NCBI GenBank assembly: GCA_037139835.1
Contig: JBAXFQ010000003.1
Span: forward strand, 1 to 63,252
Direction of reading: 5' to 3'
Source of the DNA: Candidatus Nomurabacteria bacterium
GTDB taxonomy: Bacteria > Patescibacteriota > Minisyncoccia > Phycocordibacterales > UBA9973
Length of the DNA: 63,252 nt
Shown: positions 43,934-53,062 of the stretch, in pieces
How positions within the stretch are numbered: position 1 is the stretch's first letter
Layout: the number at the start of each line of letters is the position of its first letter
Translations under genes and position numbers: made by a program
The notes under the pieces: generated by a model
What the model saw: only the letters and a program-made list of their open reading frames with translations
Told to the model about the DNA's origin: nothing
Database searches by the model: none

Positions 43934-45037
43934 ATGCGCTACACTTTCATCTTCATCGTTTTTTTAATCGTAATAACAACTGGTGAATATTTAATATTTA
44001 TTACCTTAAACAGATTAGGATTATTAAAATATACTTATTTAAAAAACATAGTTTTAATGATGGGCATCATTCTTCCATTAATGTTTATCGGGGCAATGAT
44101 ATACGGAGGTAAACATTTTTCTTTATTAAATTCTTGGATTTATACAGTAGGTGGAGTATGGCTCGGACTACTTACATATTTAGTAATTACTACTATTATA
44201 GTATCTTTATTATTACTATTAAATACTTATTTAGATTTTAATATACCTATTAAAATAATAACCATTATCTTAATATTCTGTTCTATGGCAACAACAGCAA
44301 TAGGTATCATCAATGCAAATAATACCCGTATAGTTAGAATAGAAGTTAATTCCTCAGTTTTATCTCCACTATGGAAAGGAAAGAAAATAGTATTTTCTTC
44401 TGATACCCACTTAGGATTAATTCGACGCGAAAAATTCATGAAAAAGATTATTGATATCATAAATAATGAGAAGCCAGATATAACTTTCAATTTAGGAGAC
44501 TTAATAGATGGACCATCTTTCCCTTATACAAAAGGTTTTGCTCCTATAAGTGAACTAAAGTCTCCCATGGGAGATTATTATGTAGAAGGAAATCATGAAA
44601 GTTATAGTCAGGAATATAATGTATTTAAAGAAAACTTTCCTAAAAATCTAAATGATATTACTGGTAAAAAAGTTATGATAAATAATACCCAGATCATAGG
44701 AATACCTTATGGTGCAATGAAAGGAGCAAATGAAATCAATCAAGAACTGGAACAAGTTAAATACGACAAAAATATCCCTAGTATTATTTTAATGCATGAT
44801 CCCAAAGATACTTCTAAATTAGCAGACAATGGAGTATCACTTGTATTATCTGGACATACACACGCTGGACAATTTTTCCCTTTTACTCTTTTAGTAAAAA
44901 AGATAGCTGGTAAGTATTTCCACGGACTAACTTATACTAAAGACACAGCAGAAATAACAAGTTCAGGTGTTGGAACTGCGATGGTTCCAATACGAGTAGA
45001 CACTATACCAGAAATAATAGTGGTAACAATAAAATAA
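43934..45037 (+). CDS. membrane-anchored metallophosphoesterase (YkuE-like)
   Basis: DTHLG, GDLIDG, GNHE, GHTHAGQ motifs after four N-terminal TM helices. Confidence 0.85.
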   Translation: MRYTFIFIVFLIVITTGEYLIFITLNRLGLLKYTYLKNIVLMMGIILPLMFIGAMIYGGKHFSLLNSWIYTVGGVWLGLLTYLVITTIIVSLLLLLNTYLDFNIPIKIITIILIFCSMATTAIGIINANNTRIVRIEVNSSVLSPLWKGKKIVFSSDTHLGLIRREKFMKKIIDIINNEKPDITFNLGDLIDGPSFPYTKGFAPISELKSPMGDYYVEGNHESYSQEYNVFKENFPKNLNDITGKKVMINNTQIIGIPYGAMKGANEINQELEQVKYDKNIPSIILMHDPKDTSKLADNGVSLVLSGHTHAGQFFPFTLLVKKIAGKYFHGLTYTKDTAEITSSGVGTAMVPIRVDTIPEIIVVTIK

Positions 45038-45043
45038 TAAATT

Positions 45044-45077
45044 AAAAAAACCTGAGAATTAATTCTCAGGTTTTTTT
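45044..45077. terminator. bidirectional terminator between convergent genes
   Basis: AAAAAAACCTGAGAATT/AATTCTCAGGTTTTTTT. Confidence 0.85.
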
Positions 45078-46854
45078 AATTTATTTCAAATCCCCCAGCT
45101 TGAATATTCCAAAGCTTTTTATATATACCATCTTCAATTTTTATAAGTTCATTATGGGTACCATCTTCAATTATTTCACCCTGAGAAATAACTATTATAC
45201 GACTCATACCTTTAATAGTAGAGAGTCTATGAGCTATAACTATCACAGTCTTTCCTTTTATTAAATTATGAAGGGCATCTTGTATAAGCATTTCTGATTC
45301 TGAATCTAAGGCCGAAGTAGCTTCATCAAGGACAAGTATAGGTGCATTTTTTAATATTGCTCTAGCTATAGCTACGCGTTGACGTTCACCACCAGAGAGT
45401 TTTATACCTCGTTCTCCTACATATGTATCATAACCTTTTGGTAGATTTGAAATAAATTCATCGCAATGAGCAAGACCCGCTGCTTTTATTACTTCTTCAT
45501 CTGTAGCATCTCGTTTACCATAACGAATATTTTCCATCAAAGAACGATGAAAAAGAACTGGATCTTGAGGTACAAATCCAATCTGTTCACGTAAACTTTT
45601 CTGAGAAATTGTAGAAATATCAACTCCATCTATTAAGATTTTTCCTTGTTGAAGATTAAATAACCTCATAAGTAGTCTCACAAAAGTAGACTTACCTGCC
45701 CCCGATGAACCAACTAGAGCAATTTTATCTCCAGCTTTTATCTTTAATGAAAAATTATCAAATACTTTTTGATTATTATTTTCATATACATAAGTCACAT
45801 TATCGAAAACAACTTCTCCTTTAACATCTTTAATTTCATTTAACACATCGTCATCTACAGAATATGGGGTATTTAGAACTAAAGCCATCTCTTGAGCATC
45901 TGCAAAACCATCATAATAAGTACGAATAATGGCATGAAAAGACCAAAGACTATTAGTCAAACGACCTAAATATGTTTGTATCAATATCATTACAGGGACT
46001 CCAATAATTCCTAATTTCCAATCTCCAATAGCAAACCAAAAAATTATAAATTCAATTATAACTACATATGCACTCTGTATAGAAGACAAACCTCCCCATA
46101 AATACCAATTTAAAACTGTGGCCTTATTCTGCTCTTGTATGACTCCACCAACTCTATCCCTTTCGTATTCATGTCCGGCAAAAAGTTGAATTGAGGAGTG
46201 ATTACTTATCGAATCTGCTAATGCTCCTGTTGTTTTTGTATCAGATATTGCTGCTAAAATATCAAATTTAAGTTTTAATTTAACATAAATTAAAGCTGTT
46301 AGAATAAAAACAACACAGAAAATTAATAAAATATATGAATATTTTGGGACTAGAGTATAGATAGCTAAAACCGTACCAATTGCTCTAATAATAAGAGGCA
46401 AACCATTATCTATCATCATATCCATCAATCTTTCAAAAGATCTAGCATATTTACCAATTTTTTGAGTGAGAGAACCGCCAAAATTATTTGCAAAGAAAGT
46501 ATGTGAGTGCCCTATCATATATGAAAAGGCTTGCTCTCGAAGTCCTGCCATAATACTTGCTTGAAAATATGAATTTATAAAACTATAGCCTCTAGTTACA
46601 AATAAACGAATTAAACCCAATATAAAGATAAATATTAATATATGATAAGCCTGTGGAGCAAAATTATAATTAGTAGTACTTAATACACTCCAAAGTTTAA
46701 GAAACTGAAATGGTATATATATTTCAAGAAGTGATGCAATTATTACCCCAAAGATTACACAAAAAAACGATACCTTAAATCGTTTGATAACTTGCCAAAA
46801 ATATTTTAGAACAAGTCCTGTATGTAAATTTTTATAATCTTTTCCTTTATCCAT
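45076..46854 (-). CDS. ABC exporter, fused permease/ATPase (MsbA-like)
   Basis: GSSGAGKST, LSGGERQR, ILVLDEATSALD; six N-terminal TM segments. Confidence 0.92.
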   Translation of the reverse strand: MDKGKDYKNLHTGLVLKYFWQVIKRFKVSFFCVIFGVIIASLLEIYIPFQFLKLWSVLSTTNYNFAPQAYHILIFIFILGLIRLFVTRGYSFINSYFQASIMAGLREQAFSYMIGHSHTFFANNFGGSLTQKIGKYARSFERLMDMMIDNGLPLIIRAIGTVLAIYTLVPKYSYILLIFCVVFILTALIYVKLKLKFDILAAISDTKTTGALADSISNHSSIQLFAGHEYERDRVGGVIQEQNKATVLNWYLWGGLSSIQSAYVVIIEFIIFWFAIGDWKLGIIGVPVMILIQTYLGRLTNSLWSFHAIIRTYYDGFADAQEMALVLNTPYSVDDDVLNEIKDVKGEVVFDNVTYVYENNNQKVFDNFSLKIKAGDKIALVGSSGAGKSTFVRLLMRLFNLQQGKILIDGVDISTISQKSLREQIGFVPQDPVLFHRSLMENIRYGKRDATDEEVIKAAGLAHCDEFISNLPKGYDTYVGERGIKLSGGERQRVAIARAILKNAPILVLDEATSALDSESEMLIQDALHNLIKGKTVIVIAHRLSTIKGMSRIIVISQGEIIEDGTHNELIKIEDGIYKKLWNIQAGGFEIN

Positions 46855-46859
46855 ATACG

Positions 46860-46886
46860 AAACAAAGGGCTTTTGGCCCTTTGTTT
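46860..46886 (-). terminator. intrinsic terminator after the tandem GH130 gene
   Basis: AACAAAGGGC-ttttg-GCCCTTTGTT. Confidence 0.75.
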
Positions 46887-46917
46887 ATTTTAACACATTT
46901 TTGATAATTTTCAAATT

Positions 46918-48861
46918 CTATTTTTCACCAAGTTTTGATCCTTTTACAAGAGAATTTAATAAAGTAGAGAGTTTCATTGTGGCAACTCCTGTTACTTTAT
47001 CAGCCCCTCCGTAGTATATATAGAGCGTATCCCCTTTCAAGATCATACCACAAGGAAAGACTACATTATTTACAATACCAACTTTTTCATAATCTGTTTC
47101 CGGTTCAAAAATAGCATCTGAAGAACGAGCAAGTATTACCGCTGGATCTTTTGAATCCAGAAGTAACACCCCTACCCTGTATGTATTGTGACTCTTAGAC
47201 ACGCCATGATATAGCAAGACCCAGCCATATTTTGTCTTTATAGGAGGAGCAGAAATACCAACCTTAAGACCATCCCAAGAATTTAATCTCGGCCCAATAA
47301 TTCGAATACACTTTTTTATTACATCGTTTTCAAAATTTAAAGTTCTTAGATAGTCTCCACATATTTCATTACCGACTCTATGTAAGACAAAGTATCCTCC
47401 TTTAAGTTTTTCAGGGAAAATACAAGTATCCTTATCATCGAATCCTGGTGGAGTTATAAGTATAGGTTTACTCCAATTCCATTTATGATCAAGAAAATCT
47501 TTTACAGATATGGAAGTCACAGCAACACGAGGAGGTCCGATACTATCGTAAGCGGTATAACAAACATATAAGTTCTTCCCTATTTGAGTTATACGAGGAT
47601 CTTCACAACCAGAGTTACCGTTTGTAACTTTCTTCATTTCAAAATCTTCTCGAGGAGAATATATAGGAACATTCAATCTCTCATTTATATTCAATCCATC
47701 CTTACTCATTGCATAACCAAAGTATGAAGTATTATCGCTTGCTAAAGTACGATATAAAATATGAACTTTTTTATCTAAATAAACTGCAGCAGGATTAAAT
47801 GTTGCTGTCGCCTCCCAACTATTTTCACTCTTTGGACTTATTATCGGATTTGTAGGACTGCGCTTGAAACTCCATTCATCTGAAGTTCTGATATACATAC
47901 TCGATATAAGATCTGTAAGATTTACATATGCGACACAAGCAGTAGTGTCAGCTGCACCATAATAAATACTTAGAGTATCCTTTTCTACCAAAGCACCAGT
48001 AGGAAAAATAACATTTGAAATATATCCAGACAATTCATAAGCCTCTTCTGGGGCAAGTATTGGTCCTTTTGTTCTGCCTATGATTTTAGTTGGATCATTA
48101 CTATCAAGCAACAATGCTTCGATACCGAAAATTCGATCTAAATTGTCAGGATGAGGAAAATAATTTTGTATATGTGAATAAACTAAAAGCCACCCATATT
48201 TTGTTTTTATTGGTGGAGCTCCAACCTCTAAGTGATCATAAGAATTACGAGTAAAATCTACAACATGATTATCTATCTCTACTTCCCACTTTGTCCAATA
48301 GGACTCATCCCATAGTTGTTCTATAGTATCAAACTGGGCTATACAAACTTTTGCAGGAGGCATATCTGTGTGAGCAGAAAAAATAACTGTTATTTTTCCA
48401 TTTATTCTTTCAGGAAAAAGAGTCATGGCTTTTGAATTAAAATTAGTTACCAAATGACGCTCATCAACTTTTTTCAAATCTTTTGTAACTGCAACTGCCA
48501 CTTTTATATTATCAGCTTTAAAAGGAAAGCCAGAGAGTGCGGTATAGAAAATATAATATTTACCTTCAAAAAAAGTTACTCTGGGATCTTCACATCCATG
48601 TACTTCCCAAGGCTCCTCTGGAACTATAAAAGGTTCACGGTCGTCAAAATGAACTCCTTTCATATTACTCACTCCCTTACCTATAATAGAGACTTGTTGT
48701 TGTTTAAGTATCTTGTCTACTGCAGAAATAGCACGATAGAACCCATATATCTTATTACCCTTTTGAATAGGGCATAGATTAAATGTTGCAAACTCTTCCC
48801 AGTAATGATTTTTATTGGGAACTAATATCGGGTTATGATCTGATCTTTTGACTACATACAT
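46918..48861 (-). CDS. tandem-domain GH130-family glycosidase/phosphorylase-like protein (two GH130 modules in one chain)
   Basis: The string set occurs twice: FNP/FNL..., CEDPR, YTA..., PPIKTKYGW.L.Y(H/S), LLLDS.DP..., YYGGAD/YYGAAD. Confidence 0.75.
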   Translation of the reverse strand: MYVVKRSDHNPILVPNKNHYWEEFATFNLCPIQKGNKIYGFYRAISAVDKILKQQQVSIIGKGVSNMKGVHFDDREPFIVPEEPWEVHGCEDPRVTFFEGKYYIFYTALSGFPFKADNIKVAVAVTKDLKKVDERHLVTNFNSKAMTLFPERINGKITVIFSAHTDMPPAKVCIAQFDTIEQLWDESYWTKWEVEIDNHVVDFTRNSYDHLEVGAPPIKTKYGWLLVYSHIQNYFPHPDNLDRIFGIEALLLDSNDPTKIIGRTKGPILAPEEAYELSGYISNVIFPTGALVEKDTLSIYYGAADTTACVAYVNLTDLISSMYIRTSDEWSFKRSPTNPIISPKSENSWEATATFNPAAVYLDKKVHILYRTLASDNTSYFGYAMSKDGLNINERLNVPIYSPREDFEMKKVTNGNSGCEDPRITQIGKNLYVCYTAYDSIGPPRVAVTSISVKDFLDHKWNWSKPILITPPGFDDKDTCIFPEKLKGGYFVLHRVGNEICGDYLRTLNFENDVIKKCIRIIGPRLNSWDGLKVGISAPPIKTKYGWVLLYHGVSKSHNTYRVGVLLLDSKDPAVILARSSDAIFEPETDYEKVGIVNNVVFPCGMILKGDTLYIYYGGADKVTGVATMKLSTLLNSLVKGSKLGEK

Positions 48862-48866
48862 ATGAT

Positions 48867-50234
48867 TTATTGAGTATTTATTTTAATTTTATCTTTTAAT
48901 TTTATTTCTTTATCATTCTTTAAACCACTGAGTAATGTCTCGAGTCTTATATATGCTACTGCGATGTGCTTATCTCCTCCTCCATAGTAAACAAAAAGTT
49001 CTCCATTTTTTACTACAGCTCCACTTGCATATATTATTCCAGGTTTCCAATCATTCTCATACCATTCACCAGGCTCTAAGATAGGAGATTTTGCTCGATA
49101 AAGTACTTTTCTTGGGTCTTTAAGATCAAGAAGCATTGCGCCTAACTTGTAAAGATTATTACCATCTTTATCCATAGCATGATAAAGAAGAAGCCATCCA
49201 TCCTTTGTTTTTATAGGAGGGCAAGAAGCACTTCTTGTATGTTTATGCCAAGCGACGATATTATCTGGAAGTCTCTGAGGATCAGGTGCTTCACTTCCAG
49301 GATCACTACCTTGTGGAGACTCACTTGAGTCAAGATCACTAACAAAAGAAACTCCTACTCTTGTCGGATCACCTAAATCTAAATTATGAAAAATACCAAA
49401 TTTACCATTAAACTTCTCTGGGAATAAAACCCAATTCTTTTGTCTATCCCCTAGGCGAGTTATGTATGATAATTGACTCCATTTCCATTTTCTTTTTAAT
49501 AGATCCTCTTCTTTTATAGAGATAACTCCTACACGTAAAGAACTCCATCCGTTAAAAATATTTAAAGTGACATAAACAATACCATCTATAACCACGGCTC
49601 GAGGATCTTCACACCCTCCCCAACTTCCACCCGAAGGATATAATTCTCTGTCATACACCAATCTTGCTGGTGATGTAAAAGGCCAATGTTTTTTTGCTTC
49701 TGCTATATTCTGTGCCACGTAAACAGGGTAAGTTAATCTATTATCAAAATTTATTCCATCTTTACTTGAGGCATATCCTATTCTAGAAATACCGTCGTCA
49801 CCTACCGCTCTATAAAAAAGATGGAATAGTCCTCCTGTATGCAAAGCAGCGGGGTTAAAAACAGCTTGAGATTCCCAAGAATAATGTCCTGGGCCTAATA
49901 TTGGATTTTTCCCTGATTTATTTAATTTTAATTCATATTCTTCGTGATTTTTACTTACTACCTTCTTTTTATTTTTAGCTGATACAAATTTCTTCTTTTT
50001 TAAAATAAGCTTATTTTTAATGATTTTTTTATTTTTAACAATAGGTTTCTTAACTGTATTTTTCTTAACTAGAACTTTTTTAATTTTATCTGATTTGATA
50101 TCTGAAAGGACCTTCTTTTTTACAACTTTTTTATCTGGTTTTGAAGAAGAAACAACTTTCCTTAAAATTGTTTTAATTGAACTTTTAGTTTTTTTATTTG
50201 TATTCGTAACCATATTTTTATTAAACCCTACCAT
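48867..50234 (-). CDS. GH130-family glycosidase/phosphorylase-like protein with a Lys-rich N-terminal extension
   Basis: FNPAA, CEDPR, PPIKTKDGWLLLYH, MLLDLKDP, YYGGGD. The N-terminal ~100 aa are K-rich. The ATG at 50234 has GAGGA 5 nt upstream; 50246 and 50213 are alternatives. Confidence 0.75.
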   Translation of the reverse strand: MVGFNKNMVTNTNKKTKSSIKTILRKVVSSSKPDKKVVKKKVLSDIKSDKIKKVLVKKNTVKKPIVKNKKIIKNKLILKKKKFVSAKNKKKVVSKNHEEYELKLNKSGKNPILGPGHYSWESQAVFNPAALHTGGLFHLFYRAVGDDGISRIGYASSKDGINFDNRLTYPVYVAQNIAEAKKHWPFTSPARLVYDRELYPSGGSWGGCEDPRAVVIDGIVYVTLNIFNGWSSLRVGVISIKEEDLLKRKWKWSQLSYITRLGDRQKNWVLFPEKFNGKFGIFHNLDLGDPTRVGVSFVSDLDSSESPQGSDPGSEAPDPQRLPDNIVAWHKHTRSASCPPIKTKDGWLLLYHAMDKDGNNLYKLGAMLLDLKDPRKVLYRAKSPILEPGEWYENDWKPGIIYASGAVVKNGELFVYYGGGDKHIAVAYIRLETLLSGLKNDKEIKLKDKIKINTQ

Positions 50235-50574
50235 ATTTATCCTCATATCGGACTATATCATTCTCATCAAACTCACCAAGACCGATCTCTAAAACCTGCA
50301 TGCCTTGAGACCCTGCAGACATTTTGTGTTTTGCTAATATCGGAACAGTCTGTTCATCTCCCACTTCAACTTTATATGTATTACCATCAACAAAAAAAGA
50401 GCCACTTCCACTTACAACTCTCCAGAATTCACTTCTCTTATTATGACTTTGCAAACTTAATTCTTCATTTGGATTGACCGTTATTATTTTTACAGTAGAA
50501 AGAGTATTATTTATGAATCTTCTAAAACTTCCCCAAGGTCTTTCTTCCTGATAAATTTTTATTTCATTTTCCAT
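50221..50574 (-). CDS. cupin-domain protein (mannose-6-phosphate isomerase type II C-terminal-like)
   Basis: ERPWGSF...SLQSHNKRSEFWRVVSGSG. ATG at 50574 preferred. Confidence 0.7.
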   Translation of the reverse strand: MENEIKIYQEERPWGSFRRFINNTLSTVKIITVNPNEELSLQSHNKRSEFWRVVSGSGSFFVDGNTYKVEVGDEQTVPILAKHKMSAGSQGMQVLEIGLGEFDENDIVRYEDKYGRV

Positions 50575-50641
50575 ACAAAGATTATAACATAACAGATAAA
50601 ACAACACTATGAAATAGATATTGAATTTGTGTTTTACAGCC

Positions 50642-50670
50642 CTGAGGTTTTTTACGGAAAAAACCCTTAG
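50642..50670 (-). terminator. intrinsic terminator after the DUF1361 gene
   Basis: GGTTTTTT-acgg-AAAAAACC with partial flanking extension. Confidence 0.6.
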
Positions 50671-50684
50671 TATTTATAACTATT

Positions 50685-51335
50685 TCAAATTTTTATGTTC
50701 GAATTTTTAAATGAGAGAAAAGATATATATATGAAAACAAAGAATAATAGAGTATAACCATAAACATTTACGTAATTATTTGATTGAGAAAATATCTTCC
50801 AAACACTATTCATTAAAAAACTATGACTAGTAAATATATCCCAGCTATTAAAACGGAGGAATCTTCCTAAATATATACCAAAACTTGTAAATAAAATTAT
50901 TATTGCGATAAAAAGATTAGTGGCTTTCTTTGAAAATCTCAAAAGAAGTATTTTTTCCATATGGGAAAGAGAATAAAGACCCATAAGTAGAGATACACCA
51001 GCGGAACTAAACAAAACAAAAATATCAAACATAACTGGAACAGAATGAATTCTCCCAAGATGTATGAAGTCTGTTACTACGTAAGGTGCATTTGGTAAAA
51101 ATAATAGCCAAATGATAAATCCTGTAATGAAAAAAGGTTTTATTATATTTTCTTTTTTTGTATATATTAAAAGTATAGAGCTTGTGATGAAAGGTATAGT
51201 TGCTAGTAGTATATTCCATAATATATACAAAAAGGCCGTACTACCAAAAAGTAAAACACGTAATATATTCAAAACAATAGCAAATGAATATATGTAGATT
51301 ATTGATTTTGGAATTTTAATTTCCCTTATTTTCAT
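50685..51335 (-). CDS. DUF1361 family integral membrane protein
   Basis: LWNILLATIPF and PNAPYVVTDFIHL motifs. Confidence 0.7.
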   Translation of the reverse strand: MKIREIKIPKSIIYIYSFAIVLNILRVLLFGSTAFLYILWNILLATIPFITSSILLIYTKKENIIKPFFITGFIIWLLFLPNAPYVVTDFIHLGRIHSVPVMFDIFVLFSSAGVSLLMGLYSLSHMEKILLLRFSKKATNLFIAIIILFTSFGIYLGRFLRFNSWDIFTSHSFLMNSVWKIFSQSNNYVNVYGYTLLFFVFIYISFLSFKNSNIKI

Positions 51336-51795
51336 ATTTCTTTAAATGCTTAGAATATTTTTTTACAAGTTCAGATGAACTTCTGACCTTACCACCATGT
51401 CCTACGTTATAAATAATTTTAATTCCAAGTTCTTCACATAAAGCAACTTCAGGTACTGGATCTCCGTCTGGCTTTCTATCTCCCCCATTAGCAAAAATGT
51501 GTGGTTTGATTTTTTTTATTTCTTCACAAACACTTTTATCTTTTGTGTTTTTAACATGCCCAGAAATGACGACCTTGTCTACTCCATTAATAGACTCTAT
51601 TATTTCTTTTCTTTCATTCTCTTCCATAAATTCTTTACCTTTTTTCATTCGTAGCCAATTATCATTATTCAATACAACAACTAAATAATCCCCTAGCTTC
51701 TTGGCCTCTAAAATATAACGAACATGACCTATGTGTATAGGATCAAAACCACCACTTATCATAACTATTTTCTTATTTTTCTTTGTATTTTTCAT
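51316..51795 (-). CDS. cytidylyl/adenylyltransferase-fold protein (RfaE domain II / TagD-like)
   Basis: GGFDPIHIGHVRY (HxGH) motif; 159 aa. Confidence 0.8.
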   Translation of the reverse strand: MKNTKKNKKIVMISGGFDPIHIGHVRYILEAKKLGDYLVVVLNNDNWLRMKKGKEFMEENERKEIIESINGVDKVVISGHVKNTKDKSVCEEIKKIKPHIFANGGDRKPDGDPVPEVALCEELGIKIIYNVGHGGKVRSSSELVKKYSKHLKKYENKGN

Positions 51796-51861
51796 TATAC
51801 TTAATAATATTACTTAGTTTTGATTTAAGCAAATAAGCCAACATTTGGCTTTATATTAAAT

Positions 51862-52662
51862 TTACTTTAATTTTATATTTAAGCTGGCCATAAAAGGCTC
51901 ATTTATTTTCACTTCAAAGGGATCATTTACTAAACCATTGAGTCCCCTCATCATGGGTTCGATGCAAATAAAATCACTTTTTGGTATAGACCAAATCCAT
52001 ATTTTCTGATACTCAACAGAAATATCTAAAATCAAAGTTCCTAAATTTGGTATATCTATATTTGTAGTTGCATTAGGGTCTTTTACTTTCGGATTATCCA
52101 AATAAACAGTTCCACTATTTTCCCATATTTCTATTTGTTCTTCTGCAGATAATCCATCTTCGAAATTAAATCTTATATTTTTCTTTTCTTTATATGGGAC
52201 TTTAAAATACGGATGTAAACCCATAGATATTGGAAGATTTTTATCTTTTTCCATGTTTTTCACTTCTTGAGTAAGAGTAAAAGAACCATCCGATTCAAAA
52301 TTACCAACAACTGATAAATCAAAATTAAAAGGATAAACATTTCTAGTCTCATTGTTTGATTTAAAAACTTCTTTAAATCCAAATCCTTTAGATTCTACTT
52401 CACACTCCATATTCTTTACAAAACCATGACGCTTTAAATTTGGATATAAATGATTATTTTCAAGCTCCCCAGCATTTGGGAAAAGTATAGGTATACCTCC
52501 TCTGACTGACTTTTCAATATCCAAAAAAGTTTCTTGGTCAAAATACAAAACTTCTTTACCTTTCAATTTAAGAGAAGTAACGATTCCTCCTCGGAAGGGA
52601 CAGAAAGAGACTTCGTTATAACCACTTTTATCTTTGACTGTTTTAATGTTGAATTTTGTCAT
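51862..52662 (-). CDS. aldose 1-epimerase (mutarotase) family protein
   Basis: RGGIPILFPNAG, HPYF, EPM motifs. Confidence 0.75.
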   Translation of the reverse strand: MTKFNIKTVKDKSGYNEVSFCPFRGGIVTSLKLKGKEVLYFDQETFLDIEKSVRGGIPILFPNAGELENNHLYPNLKRHGFVKNMECEVESKGFGFKEVFKSNNETRNVYPFNFDLSVVGNFESDGSFTLTQEVKNMEKDKNLPISMGLHPYFKVPYKEKKNIRFNFEDGLSAEEQIEIWENSGTVYLDNPKVKDPNATTNIDIPNLGTLILDISVEYQKIWIWSIPKSDFICIEPMMRGLNGLVNDPFEVKINEPFMASLNIKLK

Positions 52663-52723
52663 TTATACATTATACCAGTCTTCTCTTTACTTAGATATTT
52701 TAGTACGAATATGTTAAAATAAC

Positions 52724-52981
52724 ATGATGGAAACAGGAATACAATCTTGGAAAAACTTAGTGGTTTACGCATTTAACGCATTTTCGACTCCTTTATTATT
52801 TAGAACACTTATATCCCCTTGGGAGAATGATACAGCCAAAGGCGACAAGCTTGGTTTTTTTGAAAAATTAATTTTTGGTATTTTTTCAAGATTCTTAGGT
52901 TTTATAGCAAGAGTCTTTTTTATTATTATAGGACTTATATTCACTTTAATAATTATTCTTACTTTTCCAATTTTTTTATAA
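52724..52981 (+). CDS. small membrane protein; possibly the detached N-terminal anchor of the downstream AAA+ protein
   Basis: 85 aa with C-terminal TM helices. Same reading frame as 53063-54616, separated from it only by a TAA at 52979-52981 and an open 81-nt linker. Confidence 0.5.
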   Translation: MMETGIQSWKNLVVYAFNAFSTPLLFRTLISPWENDTAKGDKLGFFEKLIFGIFSRFLGFIARVFFIIIGLIFTLIIILTFPIFL

Positions 52982-53062
52982 ATTCCTATAAAAATATCAA
53001 AAGAATATCTGGAAACTGTCGGCAGCTTTGTTCCTTCTCTTTCTTATGTTGAGACTTATTAT

